From positions 4,824 through 68,823 of the forward strand of contig JANWKE010000093.1 in the NCBI GenBank assembly GCA_025451535.1: a stretch of 64,000 nt of DNA, read 5' to 3'. This document shows, in pieces, positions 9,038 to 16,779 of the stretch (its first letter is position 1; each line of letters opens with the position of its first letter). The DNA comes from Verrucomicrobiia bacterium. Its GTDB lineage: Bacteria > Verrucomicrobiota > Verrucomicrobiia > Limisphaerales > UBA11358. A program made the translations under genes and the position numbers. The notes beneath the pieces are model-generated. The model was not told the DNA's origin and did no database searches. It saw nothing but the letters and a program-made list of their open reading frames with translations.

Positions 9038-9496
9038 GTGAACATGCAACCGGGAACCAGAAAACTCCTGCGCTTTCTTGGCAATTGGGCTATCAACACT
9101 CTCGCGGTGGCGGTAGCGGCCATCATTCTTCACAATCACATCCATTGTGATAAACCGGCCGATTTAATTATTGCCTCCCTGTTGCTGGGCATTCTCAATG
9201 CGTTTGTCCGGCCGATTTTAATTCTTCTCGCATTGCCGCTGCTGATTTTCACCCTCGGCCTGTTCACGCTCGTCATCAACGCCCTGCTGCTTTACTTCGT
9301 CGGCGTGCTGATGGGACCGTATTTCCAGGTGGACAGTTTCGGGTTTGCTTTTCTCGGCGCGCTCATCATCAGCGTCGTGTCGATTGCGCTCAATATCCTT
9401 ACCGGCGCCGGCGGCACCCGCGTCACCATCCACCGCCGGCCGCGACCGCCCAGGGATTCCCACGACGACGGCAACGGCCCGGTGATTGATGTGTGA
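9038..9496 (+). CDS. small integral membrane protein (phage-holin-4/DUF360-like)
   Basis: 152 aa with four predicted hydrophobic helices (for example LLLGILNAFVRPILILLALPLLIFTLGLFTLVINALLLYFV). Family assignment is from memory of YvlD-type proteins. Confidence 0.6.
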   Translation: MNMQPGTRKLLRFLGNWAINTLAVAVAAIILHNHIHCDKPADLIIASLLLGILNAFVRPILILLALPLLIFTLGLFTLVINALLLYFVGVLMGPYFQVDSFGFAFLGALIISVVSIALNILTGAGGTRVTIHRRPRPPRDSHDDGNGPVIDV

Positions 9497-9592
9497 AACC
9501 ATTTATGATTTACGATCGATGATTTGCGACTTGCGAATTCGCCACCAATCCGCAAGCACTGCATAAATCGTATATCGTAAATCGAAAATAAA

Positions 9593-9618
9593 TGAGCCTC
9601 CTCACGTCGGCTGCTACA
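9593..9618. repeat. REP-like 26-mer, same family as 15543-15628
   Basis: tgagcctcctcacgtcggctgctaca closely matches tgagcctcgttacctcggctcctgca (15603-15628). It lies at a convergent gene junction and overlaps the trmB stop codon. Further short inverted repeats (gatttacgat / atcgtaaatc) lie in 9505-9585. Confidence 0.65.
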
Positions 9619-10231
9619 ATTTCGTTTGGTACGCTGCGCGCAGTGTTTTGATTCCGCGCACTTGAAATTCCTGCTCAAAATCCGTCAGCAATCCGGCTAA
9701 TTCCATCGGCGTCTCAATCGGTTGGAATTCCCGGTTCGCACCAAACACTTCAGTCATTTGCTGAAAATAATCCCTATCGTCCGTGCGCAAATAAACCGTG
9801 CCGCCCGGCGCTAGGGCGGTATGGGCAAGCCCGGGAAAACGTCCGTCGATGAGCCGGTGTTTGTGGTGCTTTTTCTTCGGCCAGGGATCGGGAAAATAAA
9901 TGTGCAAGACCGACACCGAGTGCGGCGGCAGCAGATATTCCAGAAAATACGACGATTCGATGCGCACCCCGCGCAGATTCGCCAGTCCGGCACGACGGCC
10001 TTTGCGGTCCAGCTTGCGCAGGCGGCCCAGCAGGCGTTCGACGCCGATGAAATTCCTTTCCGGATGCCGCCGCGCCTGCTCGACCACAAATGAAGCATCG
10101 CCGCAACCCAGTTCCACCTCCAGCGGCTGCGCCTGCTGAAACATTGCTGTCAGGTCAACCCGGTTGATGATGGACGGCAAATCATAAATCAAACTGGCAG
10201 GACAATTATCGCTCAACGGCATTACTCGCAT
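9614..10231 (-). CDS. trmB: tRNA (guanine46-N7)-methyltransferase
   Basis: SAM-binding block LEVELGCGDASF and the TrmB signature YFPDPWPKKKHHKHRL are present. The start is uncertain: ATGs at 10270, 10231 and 10222. Confidence 0.88.
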   Translation of the reverse strand: MRVMPLSDNCPASLIYDLPSIINRVDLTAMFQQAQPLEVELGCGDASFVVEQARRHPERNFIGVERLLGRLRKLDRKGRRAGLANLRGVRIESSYFLEYLLPPHSVSVLHIYFPDPWPKKKHHKHRLIDGRFPGLAHTALAPGGTVYLRTDDRDYFQQMTEVFGANREFQPIETPMELAGLLTDFEQEFQVRGIKTLRAAYQTKL

Positions 10232-10337
10232 TAAATTACAGGATTGACGGTTTTGACAAGCGTGTATCATGAACGCATGGCAAAGAACGCGCTGGAGTTG
10301 CAGACTCCGGTTTTCAAACCCGACTGAAAATAATCAG

Positions 10338-11900
10338 ATGAAAATCAAAAAACGGTTCCCAACCATCTGCGCCCGTTGGAAACGGGCCGGATCACTTTTT
10401 ATCGGAATAATGATGATGAGCTTCATCACCGCCGGCCAACCGGCCTCACCGGCCCTTCCCGCCGAACCACCATTGAGCTGGGGCGACCAGGGCGACGGCA
10501 CATATCGAAATCCCATTCTGCCGGCTGATTATTCGGACCCGGATGCCATTCGCATCCGGAATGATTTTTATCTGGTCGCGTCGGATTTTCACTTCGTCGG
10601 CATGCAGGTGTTGCATTCGCATGATCTCGTCAATTGGGAGGTCCTGGGCCAGGTGTTCCATCGGCTGACCATGTCGCCAAAGTATGATGACCTGAGCGGT
10701 TACGGCCAGGGGACGTGGGCGCCGACTCTGCGTTATCACGACGGCACCTATTATGTCTTCGTCTGCACGCCGTTCGAAGGTTTGTTCATGTGGCACGCTG
10801 CAAATCCCGCGGGGCCGTGGTCGCGAACGCTGACGGTCAAAGCCGTGGAACGCTGGGAAGATCCCTGCCCGTTCTGGGACGACGACGGAAAGGCTTACCT
10901 CATTCACAGTCTCAAGGGCGCCGGCCCATTGATCCTGCACCGCATGAGCCCGGACGGGGTGCGATTACTGGACGACGGCGTGGAAATTTATCACGGCACG
11001 AACTCGGAAGGCCCAAAACTCTTTAGACGGAACGACTGGTATTACATTTCCCTTCCGGAAGGCGGCGTCAGCACGGGCGGCCAGACGATGTTGCGTTCAA
11101 CAAATATTTACGGCCCTTACGAACGCCGCGAGGTGCTGCCGCATAGCAGTCCCCATCAGGGCGCGCTCGTGGAACTGGCCAACGGCAGCTGGTGGTTTCT
11201 CTGCTTCAAATCCAGCGGTTTCCTCGGGCGCATCACTTATCTGTTGCCGGTCACCTGGGGTGCGGACGATTGGCCGGTATTCGGCAATCAAGGCCAATCC
11301 GTGGACCAATGGAAAAAACCCTATGTCGGACGCGCTCCTCCCATTCATCATCCACAACGGAGCGACGATTTCGATGATCCGGAACTATCGCCGATCTGGC
11401 AGTGGAACCACAATCCCGAGAACGACGCCTGGTCGCTGACGGCGCGACCAGGCTGGTTGCAGCTCCAAGCCTTGCCGGCCACAGGCCTGTCCACCGCCCG
11501 CAACACTCTGACCGAAAAATTGTGGGGAGAGGACGGTATCATCGACACAAAGTTCGACGTCACCGCCATGAAGGAAGGTCAGTGCGCCGGATTTGCGTTC
11601 CTGAGCGGCGATGTGTTTGATTGGGTTGGTGTAACGCAAAGCGACGGCGTGCGTCGAATCACCTGGGGGAATCGCGAGGGCCCGGTGTTAAACGGCGCGA
11701 ACGTGTGGTTCCGTGGCACTTACCATGGAAAGGATGCCCGGCTGTTTTACAGCACCGATGGCGAACACTACACCGATACCGGGCTGGCGGTGGAATTGAA
11801 GTTCGGCAAATGGAAGGGTGCACGGCTGGCCTTGTTTTGCTACGGTCCCAATGGAGGATCCGCCGACGTGGATTTCGTCAAATACAACCTGGAGAAATAA
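10338..11900 (+). CDS. glycoside hydrolase family 43 (beta-xylosidase/arabinofuranosidase-like) with C-terminal beta-sandwich domain
   Basis: N-terminal GH43 block NPILPADYSDPDAIRIRNDFYLVAS, then WAPTLRYHDGTYYVF and GPKLFRRNDWYYIS. Start placed at MKIKKRF ahead of a signal/TM segment. Confidence 0.85.
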   Translation: MKIKKRFPTICARWKRAGSLFIGIMMMSFITAGQPASPALPAEPPLSWGDQGDGTYRNPILPADYSDPDAIRIRNDFYLVASDFHFVGMQVLHSHDLVNWEVLGQVFHRLTMSPKYDDLSGYGQGTWAPTLRYHDGTYYVFVCTPFEGLFMWHAANPAGPWSRTLTVKAVERWEDPCPFWDDDGKAYLIHSLKGAGPLILHRMSPDGVRLLDDGVEIYHGTNSEGPKLFRRNDWYYISLPEGGVSTGGQTMLRSTNIYGPYERREVLPHSSPHQGALVELANGSWWFLCFKSSGFLGRITYLLPVTWGADDWPVFGNQGQSVDQWKKPYVGRAPPIHHPQRSDDFDDPELSPIWQWNHNPENDAWSLTARPGWLQLQALPATGLSTARNTLTEKLWGEDGIIDTKFDVTAMKEGQCAGFAFLSGDVFDWVGVTQSDGVRRITWGNREGPVLNGANVWFRGTYHGKDARLFYSTDGEHYTDTGLAVELKFGKWKGARLALFCYGPNGGSADVDFVKYNLEK

Positions 11901-11989
11901 CGCTGGCCGGGTGGGAACCTGCAGCGGAAGCCGATCCCGCCACCGTCGTCACGGAGAAAACCTGGAAATGACTATTGATGACGATCACC

Positions 11990-12802
11990 TCACCCCGCGT
12001 GGTCATTCCCATGGCCATTGTTATCATCATGATAGTGGTCATGATCATGGTGGTGATGATGGCCTTTGTGAGGTGACACGTCGTGGTCGTGGCCGTGGTC
12101 CCCATCGCAATTATCCCGGTCAAAATTGTCACCACCTATTCCGAGCTTATCTGCATTTTCACGCATGGCTTGGATGTCATGACTGGAACTCACCAGGCTG
12201 GCCGAGGTGGTCGCCGCCACCTGGCGGGTGGCCGGATTAAACGAAAACCCGGCGGGAACTTCCACGCTTACCGGACCCCCCTGATGAGAGGCATTGACGG
12301 CCACTTCGCCCCGGAAGCACATTACGGCACCGGCGGAGGTAACGAGATATTCCGTGCCTCGAATGGTCGCGGAATCATTTGGTGTCGTAATGGTAAAGGT
12401 GGAAGGTTTGGCCAGCTTGCGTTGTGACCCAACAATGCTGCCGGCTTTGAGATTCAAATCGGTATTAACGATGACATTTTCTTCCGCAACCACTTCGTCC
12501 AGCCTGGCCAGTTCGAGCACCGAATCCGGTCTCAGGCGGAGCACTGTTCCACTGTATTCAAATTCCAGATCCGCACTGGCATCCGCTCCGGTCTTAAGTT
12601 CAGCGCCTTCCCCCAAAACCATGCCGGGTTTGAGGGCGGCCCATGACGAATGATCCATAGAATAGGTTGCCATCCCTTGAACCGATTTGATGGAAAGCTC
12701 CCCGGATTGCAGCTCGGAGGCGGGCGCCCAAACACACATCATTACGAGCATCCCCACGGGCAATAGGATTGGCCAGACCTGCATTCTCAATGCTCTTTTC
12801 AT
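11990..12802 (-). CDS. FecR-domain-like secreted protein with histidine-rich C-terminal tail
   Basis: Signal peptide, then a FecR-like block (LKTGADASADLEFEYSGTVLRLRPDSVLEL ... ATIRGTEYLV). The C-terminal roughly 45 residues are DGDHGHDHDVSPHKGHHHHHDHDHYHDDNNGHGNDHAG. Confidence 0.65.
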   Translation of the reverse strand: MKRALRMQVWPILLPVGMLVMMCVWAPASELQSGELSIKSVQGMATYSMDHSSWAALKPGMVLGEGAELKTGADASADLEFEYSGTVLRLRPDSVLELARLDEVVAEENVIVNTDLNLKAGSIVGSQRKLAKPSTFTITTPNDSATIRGTEYLVTSAGAVMCFRGEVAVNASHQGGPVSVEVPAGFSFNPATRQVAATTSASLVSSSHDIQAMRENADKLGIGGDNFDRDNCDGDHGHDHDVSPHKGHHHHHDHDHYHDDNNGHGNDHAG

Positions 12803-13246
12803 AAGCTACTCCCTTTCTTCAAAGCCTTTACCAAGACTAATCGATTTTCTATCTGTTCTTCTTCCGAAAATCAAGGCAAATCCGGGAAAGTTATTCACAA
12901 ACGAACCCGGCAAACGACAATGAGAGTGACGAGAATCATATTCTGTTCCCTCAGATATTCGATTGAACGGATCGCACCTTTTAAGCCTCCTGGAGAAAAG
13001 TGGTTACGAGGCAGTTGACCTGACCCCAATAGCTGGACAGATCATAGCCGAACCGGAAAAGAGGAAAGTCAATTGATGCAATTCAACCAATCGTTTTGCG
13101 AAATTGAAGAACCAAAATCCTGAGACTGAAGCAGGCCAGACGTTCACCGTTTCCCAATGCCAAGGATGACTGCCCACCAACGCAGATCATTCTTTGTTAG
13201 AACCGCGTTGGGAAACGGCAATTCTATTGGAACGCCCATTGAAAAA

Positions 13247-13323
13247 TGGTCGGGGCGGTGAGATTCGAACTCACGACCTCTTGTACCCGAAACAAGCGCG
13301 CTGCCAGGCTACGCTACGCCCCG
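13247..13323 (-). tRNA. tRNA-Pro (anticodon CGG), CCA encoded
   Basis: The reverse complement folds by hand as a cloverleaf. Acceptor CGGGGCG/CGCCCCG, D arm GCGT...GCGC, anticodon stem CTTGT/ACAAG with loop TTCGGGT (CGG, G37), T arm GTGAG-TTCGAAT-CTCAC, then A73-CCA. Length 77 nt. Confidence 0.93.
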
Positions 13324-13446
13324 ACACAGGTAGACCAGACTGCCAGTACCGGCCAAAAATGCAACGTGTAATTTTCGAACCAAGTCGAGGCAATCCCGCT
13401 CTAAACCCGGCAAAGAAGTTGCTCATCATGTTTTCCTGGGGCAAGC

Positions 13447-14388
13447 TTGGTGGTCATGACCGGAGTCGGCATACAGTTGGATTCGTTGCGGTTCAGCCGC
13501 CTTGAAACCAGGCGGCTGGCGTGGGTCTTTGTCGTGTCGCTGCTGGCGCATCTGCTGGCGTGGGGTGGTTATGAGGCCGGCAAGGACTTCAACCTGTGGC
13601 AGAAGCTCCGACTGCCACCCTTGATGCTTTTTACCAAAATTAAACCGGCGCCGCCGCCGCAATCGCCCGAATTGCAATTTGTGGATGTGCCGCCCAGCCA
13701 GACGACCACCGAGGCACCGAAGAATGCCAAATATTATTCCAACCAGAATTCGCGTGCGGCCAATCCGGAAGCGAACCACGACACCCAGGTTCCGCAAATT
13801 AAAGGCACGCAAACCGACATCGCAAAAACTGAAGACGCCCCCCGCCCGGACTTTTCCCAACTCCAACCCTCCATGCAGCCATCCCGGGAAGAACTGGCGT
13901 CACGGCAGCAAAACGCAGGTGATTTGACACTCGGCCATCCAGCCAATACCCGGCCGGCGGACCAACCGCGTCCCCGCACGCTCAAGCAGGCGCTCGCGCA
14001 ACAAAAACAGTTGCCGGGTGTGAAAATGAAACAGGAAGGCGGCGTCCGGCGCGAAGCGCTGGTGCCGTCGCTGGATGTGAAGGCGACGCCGTTTGGCGCG
14101 TATGATGCTGCCTTCATCCAGGCCGTGACCCAGCGCTGGTACGATTTGCTGGACAGCCGGCAATTTGCCCGGGACCGCAGTGGCAAAGTGGTCCTGCGAT
14201 TTCACTTGAATTACGATGGACGCATCTCCGATATGGTGGTCATGCAAAATACCGTGGGAGATTTGTTGGGCTATGTTTGCCAGAAAGCGGTGATGGACCC
14301 CGCGCCCTACGCCCAATGGCCGACGGACATGCGGGCCATGGTGGGTCTGGATTATCGCGAAATTACCTTCACGTTTTATTATTACTGA
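13447..14388 (+). CDS. TonB-family energy transducer (putative)
   Basis: N-terminal TM helix (LAWVFVVSLLAHLLAWGG), a Pro-rich spacer (KPAPPPQSPELQFVDVPP) and a C-terminal domain of about 90 aa. It lies immediately upstream of exbB/exbD homologues on the same strand. Confidence 0.65.
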   Translation: MVVMTGVGIQLDSLRFSRLETRRLAWVFVVSLLAHLLAWGGYEAGKDFNLWQKLRLPPLMLFTKIKPAPPPQSPELQFVDVPPSQTTTEAPKNAKYYSNQNSRAANPEANHDTQVPQIKGTQTDIAKTEDAPRPDFSQLQPSMQPSREELASRQQNAGDLTLGHPANTRPADQPRPRTLKQALAQQKQLPGVKMKQEGGVRREALVPSLDVKATPFGAYDAAFIQAVTQRWYDLLDSRQFARDRSGKVVLRFHLNYDGRISDMVVMQNTVGDLLGYVCQKAVMDPAPYAQWPTDMRAMVGLDYREITFTFYYY

Positions 14389-14414
14389 ACCAGGCACAAT
14401 GGCAGGAAGAATTT

Positions 14415-15113
14415 ATGGATATACTCATTTATATATTGCTGGGAGCAACTTCCGTCGTGGGATTCACGTTCATCGTCGAGCGCGCACTGACGCTGCGGTG
14501 GAACAAGGTCGTGCCGCCGGAAATTACCCAGGCGCTCGCGGCCTGCCGGACCCGCGAGGACGCGCAAGCACTTTGCCAAATCTGCCACCGGAAACCGTCG
14601 CCCCTCGGACGGCTGCTGCTCATGGCCTCCGACCACCTGGATTGGCCGAAAACGGATAATGTCGACGCGCTGCAAACCGCCGCACGTCATGAAATCGTCC
14701 GGCTGGAACGCGGCCTCGTCGTGCTCGAAATCATTGTCGGCATCGCGCCGCTGCTGGGACTGGTCGGCACCATCGCGGGGATGATGACGGTGTTCGGCGA
14801 CGTTGGACAAACCGGTTTGAACGATGCCGCGAAACTGGCGGCCGGCATTGCGCTGATTTTGCGCGCGACCCTGATCGGCCTGCTCATCGCCATTCCGTCG
14901 CTGATTTTCTGGAGCTATTTCAGCAAAAAAGTCGAGGTCTTCGCCGTCGAGATGGAGGCGCTCTGCGATGATTTCATCCGGCGGCAGTATTCAGAGATGG
15001 CCTCGGGTGTCCCGCAACCGGAATCAAGCCCCCTGGTTTCTGAAACGCAGTATGTCTCCAACGCCAAATCCCGGAAGCCCGGAGTGAAATCCCAGGTGAC
15101 CGACCCCGACTGA
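14415..15113 (+). CDS. exbB: MotA/TolQ/ExbB proton-channel family protein
   Basis: Three TM helices and the conserved block GIAPLLGLVGTIAGMM. Start placed at MDILIYILLG (ATG 14415), which removes the overlap with the upstream gene. Confidence 0.85.
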   Translation: MDILIYILLGATSVVGFTFIVERALTLRWNKVVPPEITQALAACRTREDAQALCQICHRKPSPLGRLLLMASDHLDWPKTDNVDALQTAARHEIVRLERGLVVLEIIVGIAPLLGLVGTIAGMMTVFGDVGQTGLNDAAKLAAGIALILRATLIGLLIAIPSLIFWSYFSKKVEVFAVEMEALCDDFIRRQYSEMASGVPQPESSPLVSETQYVSNAKSRKPGVKSQVTDPD

Positions 15114-15114
15114 C

Positions 15115-15534
15115 ATGCGCTTTCTCGTCCGCAAACGCCGCACCACGCCCGCCGTCATCATCGTCGCGCTGATTGACGTGCTGATCGTGCTGCTGATTTT
15201 CCTGCTGGTAACGACCACGTTCAAGCAGCAGGCGGCGTTGAAACTGCAATTGCCCGAATCGTCGCAGGCCAAAAAGGCCGGTGCGAATGAAAACCCGCCG
15301 TTCGTGGTGAGCATTGACTCCAACGGCGTTTATTATCTGGAAAAACTACCGGTGACGTTTGAACAATTACAGAACCAACTGGTTTCGCGCGCCACGAGGA
15401 ACCCGCAGCTCGTCCTGGCCATCAACGCCGATGAAAAGGCGCCCTGGGGAAAAGTGGTGAAAGTGCGCGACGCCGCCGCGAAGGCGAATGTCAAAAATCT
15501 GGTCGCTTATACCAAGGAAACCGCCAAACCGTAA
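15115..15534 (+). CDS. exbD: ExbD/TolR biopolymer transport protein
   Basis: 139 aa with a single N-terminal TM (PAVIIVALIDVLIVLLIFLLV) and a periplasmic domain. It starts 2 nt after the exbB stop. Confidence 0.85.
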   Translation: MRFLVRKRRTTPAVIIVALIDVLIVLLIFLLVTTTFKQQAALKLQLPESSQAKKAGANENPPFVVSIDSNGVYYLEKLPVTFEQLQNQLVSRATRNPQLVLAINADEKAPWGKVVKVRDAAAKANVKNLVAYTKETAKP

Positions 15535-15542
15535 ATTAAAAT

Positions 15543-15628
15543 TGTAGGAGCCGACGTAAGGAGGCTCACGCTCCCCGATGCGCGGAATATACTGAACAGA
15601 TTTGAGCCTCGTTACCTCGGCTCCTGCA
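15543..15628. repeat. inverted pair of REP-like 26-mers between convergent genes (possible bidirectional terminator)
   Basis: tgtaggagccgacgtaaggaggctca (15543-15568) matches the reverse complement of tgagcctcgttacctcggctcctgca (15603-15628) at 23/26 positions by my count. It lies between the exbD stop (15534) and the asd stop (15634). Confidence 0.7.
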
Positions 15629-15633
15629 AAGTT

Positions 15634-16638
15634 TCATTTCAGCAACTCTTCTGCAATTTGCACCGCGTTGAGCGCCGCGCCTTTGAGCAACTGGTCGCCG
15701 CTTACCCAGAAACACAACCCGTTCTCCAGCGCGCAATCCTTGCGGATGCGGCCAACTTCGCAGTTGTATTTCTCCGAGGTGAAAAGCGGCATCGGATATT
15801 TCTTGTTCTCCGGCTCATCCACGACGTCGAGGCCGGGCGCCTGTTTCAAAACCTTGCGCGCGGCGTCCACACTCACCGGCTTTTCAAATTCCGCGCTCAC
15901 GGCGATGGAATGTGAACGATAAACCGGCACGCGCACGCAGGTGACACTCGCCCGGAAATTCGGGTGGTGCATGATTTTGCGGCCTTCGTTTTCCATCTTC
16001 ATTTCTTCCCTGGTGTAGCCGGTCGGCAAAAAGCTGTCCACCTGCGGCAGAACGTTGAAGGCAATTTGGTGTGGAAAAGCTTCCTTGGTCACCGCTTTGC
16101 CGGAAACGATCTCGCCGACCTGCCGCTTTAATTCTTCCATCGCCTTCGCGCCCGCGCCGCTGACGGCCTGGTAGCTGGAGGCGAAAATGCGTTTGCAGCC
16201 GAACGCGGCATGCAGCGGATACAACGCCATCAAGGTAATGGCGGTGGTGCAGTTCGGATTGGCGATGATGCCCTTGTGCCATTTCACGTCCGCGGCGTTG
16301 ATCTCGGGAATCACGAGCGGAACGCTGTTGTCCTGGCGAAAGGCGCTGGAATTGTCCACCACCACGCAGCCGGCCCTGGCCGCGATGGGCGCAAATTCCC
16401 TTGAAATGCTCCCGCCCGCGCTGAACAGCGCAATATCAATGCCGGCGAACGAATCCTTTTTCAGTTCCTTCACCGTAACGTCCTGGCCGCGAAATTTGAG
16501 CTTTTTGCCGACGGAGCGCGCCGAGGCGAGCAACGTCAACTGGCCCACCGGAAAGTTTCTCTTTTCCAGCGTCTTGATCATTTCGATGCCGACGGCGCCG
16601 GTCGCGCCGACTACGGCCACATGCGGATTCGGGTTCAT
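15634..16638 (-). CDS. asd: aspartate-semialdehyde dehydrogenase
   Basis: NAD(P)-binding VAVVGATGAVG, active-site IIANPNCTT, and QAVSGAG. Start placed at MNPNPHVAVVG (ATG 16638). Confidence 0.93.
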   Translation of the reverse strand: MNPNPHVAVVGATGAVGIEMIKTLEKRNFPVGQLTLLASARSVGKKLKFRGQDVTVKELKKDSFAGIDIALFSAGGSISREFAPIAARAGCVVVDNSSAFRQDNSVPLVIPEINAADVKWHKGIIANPNCTTAITLMALYPLHAAFGCKRIFASSYQAVSGAGAKAMEELKRQVGEIVSGKAVTKEAFPHQIAFNVLPQVDSFLPTGYTREEMKMENEGRKIMHHPNFRASVTCVRVPVYRSHSIAVSAEFEKPVSVDAARKVLKQAPGLDVVDEPENKKYPMPLFTSEKYNCEVGRIRKDCALENGLCFWVSGDQLLKGAALNAVQIAEELLK

Positions 16639-16779
16639 AAAAAGGCCGTGAATCATAGCAAACGCAGGCGGCGTGTCAACGCAGTGACAACAAGTTGTGG
16701 ACAACTGTGCATAAATTTCTTTGCTTTCTGATTGACCAGAGCCACCGCTTATGACGGAATGATAGCCTAGTCTATTCAA

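Noticed and set aside
8110-9150. Long ORFs antisense to or overlapping confident genes. Examples: 8110-9150(+), 5223-5879(+), 16792-17460(-), 17650-18591(-), 18643-19965(-), 25529-26341(+), 26338-27099(+), 34910-35917(+), 38674-39738(+), 40099-41436(+), 41514-43088(+), 52828-53652(-), 56365-57939(+), 60281-61483(-).
   Set aside because: Their translations are Arg/Gly/Pro/Ala/His-rich with no recognisable motifs, while the opposite strand encodes proteins with clear family signatures. Such stop-poor shadow frames are expected in GC-rich DNA.
11818-12240. His-, Thr- or Gly-rich ORFs (11818-12240 +, 11878-12135 -) over the histidine-tail region.
   Set aside because: These are alternative-frame readings of the same low-complexity CAT/CAC/GAT repeat DNA that encodes the FecR-like protein tail. 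There is no independent support.
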